DNA of 64,000 nucleotides from the NCBI GenBank assembly GCA_022571365.1, contig JACZXZ010000003.1, forward strand, positions 2,301-66,300, given 5' to 3'. A program made the position numbers and the translations under genes. The notes under the pieces are model-generated. The model was not told the origin of the DNA. It did not search any database and saw only the letters and a list, made by a program, of their open reading frames with translations. Positions 62,081 through 64,000 of the stretch are shown piece by piece (within the stretch, counting starts at the first letter, position 1; each line of letters opens with the position of its first letter). The DNA is from Pseudomonadota bacterium (GTDB lineage Bacteria > Pseudomonadota > Alphaproteobacteria > G022571365).

Positions 62081-63083
62081 CTTGTGGCAAGGCTATGCCT
62101 GGCCGGGCCTCGTCATCGTCGCCCAGATCTTCGCGATCCTGGTGCCGCTGCTTTTGACGGTGGCCTACCTGACTTATGCCGAGCGCAAGGTCATCGCCGC
62201 CATGCAGATGCGCAAGGGGCCGAACGTGGTCGGCCCCTTCGGCCTGCTCCAACCCGTCGCCGACGGCATCAAGCTTCTGTTCAAGGAAACCGTGATCCCG
62301 AGCGGCGCCAACCGGGTGGTTTTCATCGCCGCGCCGGTGGTGACTTTCGTTCTGAGCTTGATCGGCTGGGCCGTGATCCCGTTCGATTTCGGCGTGGTGC
62401 TGTCCGACATCAATGTCGGAATCCTGTACCTGTTCGCGATTTCCTCGCTCGGCGTTTACGGCGTCATCATGGCCGGGTGGGCGAGCAACTCGAAATACGC
62501 GTTCCTGGGCGCGCTCAGATCCGCCGCGCAAATGGTGTCTTATGAGATCGCCATCGGTTTCGTCATCATCACCGTGCTGTTGTGCGTGGGGTCGCTCAAT
62601 CTCACCGATATCGTGCTGGCGCAGAAGGATTTGTGGTTCGCCATCCCGCTGTTGCCGATGTTCGTGATCTTCTTCATCTCGGCGCTGGCCGAGACCAACC
62701 GGGCGCCGTTCGACCTGCCGGAGGCCGAGGCCGAGCTGGTCGCCGGCTACAGCGTGGAATATTCATCGCTGACCTTCGCGCTGTTCTTTCTCGGCGAGTA
62801 CGCCAACATGATCCTGATGAGCGCCTTGACCGTGATCCTGTTCCTCGGCGGCTGGCTGCCGCCCCTGGACGTGGCGCCGTTCAATTGGATTCCCGGACCG
62901 GTCTGGTTCGCCGTCAAGATCGCCGGGCTGCTGTTCCTGTTCCTGTGGGTCCGGGCGACCTTCCCGCGCTACCGTTATGACCAGCTCATGCGGCTCGGCT
63001 GGAAGGTGTTTCTGCCGGCCTCGCTGTTCTGGGTCGTGTTGACCGCCGGCGTGCTCGTGGCGACCGGTTGGGCGCCGGTCTGA
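62073..63083 (+). CDS. nuoH: NADH-quinone oxidoreductase subunit H
   Basis: [45 protein letters not shown] and YRYDQLM. Confidence 0.95.
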   Translation: MVDLWQGYAWPGLVIVAQIFAILVPLLLTVAYLTYAERKVIAAMQMRKGPNVVGPFGLLQPVADGIKLLFKETVIPSGANRVVFIAAPVVTFVLSLIGWAVIPFDFGVVLSDINVGILYLFAISSLGVYGVIMAGWASNSKYAFLGALRSAAQMVSYEIAIGFVIITVLLCVGSLNLTDIVLAQKDLWFAIPLLPMFVIFFISALAETNRAPFDLPEAEAELVAGYSVEYSSLTFALFFLGEYANMILMSALTVILFLGGWLPPLDVAPFNWIPGPVWFAVKIAGLLFLFLWVRATFPRYRYDQLMRLGWKVFLPASLFWVVLTAGVLVATGWAPV

Positions 63084-63170
63084 GGCGCGGAGAGAAAGGG
63101 CTTGCCATGACCCGGCCTCAAACTATGTTAGGCGCCGCCGCCCGGGCCGCGGCGGAGGGAGGGTGGTGAG

Positions 63171-63659
63171 ATGACCGTTCTGGACCGCAGCGCGCGGACC
63201 CTGTTTCTCACCGAGCTGCTCTCGGGCCTGGCGTTGACCCTGCGCTACTTTTTCAAGCCCAAGGTCACGCTCAACTATCCCTTCGAGAAGGGGCCGCTGT
63301 CCCCGCGCTTCAAAGGCGAGCATGTGCTCAGGCGCTATCCCAACGGCGAGGAGCGCTGCATCGCCTGCAAGCTGTGCGAGGCCATCTGCCCGGCCCTCGC
63401 CATCACCATCGAGTCCGAGCCCCGCGCGGACGGCAGCCGTCGCGCCACCCGCTACGACATCGACATGACCAAGTGCATCTACTGCGGCTTTTGCCAGGAA
63501 TCCTGCCCGGTGGACGCCATCGTCGAGGGGCCTAATTTCGAGTTCTCCACCGAAACTCGGGAGGAGCTCCTGTACGACAAGGAAAAGCTGCTTGCCAACG
63601 GCGACCGGTGGGAGACCGAGATCGCCGCCAACCTCGCGGCCGACATGCCGTACCGGTGA
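63171..63659 (+). CDS. nuoI: NADH-quinone oxidoreductase subunit I
   Basis: [12 protein letters not shown] and [12 protein letters not shown] (two 4Fe-4S motifs). A GGAGGGAGG RBS is present. Confidence 0.95.
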   Translation: MTVLDRSARTLFLTELLSGLALTLRYFFKPKVTLNYPFEKGPLSPRFKGEHVLRRYPNGEERCIACKLCEAICPALAITIESEPRADGSRRATRYDIDMTKCIYCGFCQESCPVDAIVEGPNFEFSTETREELLYDKEKLLANGDRWETEIAANLAADMPYR

Positions 63660-63687
63660 GCCGCGAATCGTCCGGGAAGATGGCGGC

Positions 63688-64000
63688 GTGATCGTCCAGG
63701 CGCTCACCTTCTACCTGTTCGCCGGCATCACGGTGGCCGCGGGCGTGATGGTGGTTTCCGCCCGCAACCCGGTCCATTCGGTGCTCTTCCTGATTCTGGC
63801 TTTCCTCAACTCGGCCGGGCTGTTCGTGCTGATGGGCGCCGAGTTTCTGGCGATGGTCCTGGTCGTGGTCTACGTCGGCGCCGTGGCCGTGTTGTTCCTG
63901 TTCGTGGTGATGATGCTCGACATCAACTTTGTCGAGCTGCGGCAGGGCTTTCTCCAGTATCTTCCCATCGGCGGGCTGATCGGGCTCATCCTCCTGGTCG
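63688..64000 (+). CDS. nuoJ: NADH-quinone oxidoreductase subunit J (5' part; runs off window)
   Basis: Own translation from the GTG at 63688: [77 protein letters not shown]. The frame is open to the window end and is not in the ORF track. Confidence 0.85.
   Translation, partial: MIVQALTFYLFAGITVAAGVMVVSARNPVHSVLFLILAFLNSAGLFVLMGAEFLAMVLVVVYVGAVAVLFLFVVMMLDINFVELRQGFLQYLPIGGLIGLILLV

Overview
High-GC (roughly 65% in core genes) bacterial chromosome segment. Its gene content and order look alphaproteobacterial: glnB-glnA, tig-clpP, clpX-lon-hup, tRNA-Val/Asp followed by nuoA-J with separate nuoC and nuoD, parE, a DUF1127 gene and a GcvA-like LysR. That taxonomic call is an inference. All product calls come from reading motifs in the supplied translations or in my own translations. 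No database search was possible.

Core content:
- A DEAD-box helicase, parE, glnBA, tig-clpP, an Nnr repair enzyme and a dimethylglycine/sarcosine-dehydrogenase-type enzyme.
- A PotD/A/B/C-like ABC importer, cspA, clpX, lon, hup and nuoA to nuoJ.
- Four tRNAs: His-GUG, Leu-UAG, Val-UAC and Asp-GUC.

Accessory or unusual content:
1. Positions 1-10.1 kb hold a translationally coupled minus-strand operon. It encodes a cytoplasmic protein with two cNMP-binding domains and four [4Fe-4S]-type Cys clusters, a membrane protein with two bis-His helices, a membrane-anchored decaheme cytochrome c, a soluble pentaheme cytochrome c and a putative outer-membrane beta-barrel. A tetraheme cytochrome gene lies upstream and a membrane-anchored FNR-type reductase downstream. 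I read this as a candidate undescribed trans-envelope electron conduit, and it is my top finding.
2. Positions 12.7-18.0 kb form an A/T-richer islet with two coupled lipoproteins, a membrane-anchored DUF2235/Tle1-like lipase and a peptidoglycan-binding lytic transglycosylase.
3. There is a secreted protein with 13 Sel1 repeats, a PG-binding domain and a trypsin-like protease domain.
4. An orphan B12-binding radical SAM gene is surrounded by three different repeat arrays.
5. Several gene remnants (a glnA 3' end, an SDR 3' end, a 99-bp gene-end duplicate) and a clpP/clpX synteny break are consistent with a ~21 kb inversion.

I saw no rRNA, CRISPR array, transposase or integrase. Many long ORFs in the supplied track are antisense shadows of real genes, which is typical of high-GC DNA, and I rejected them.
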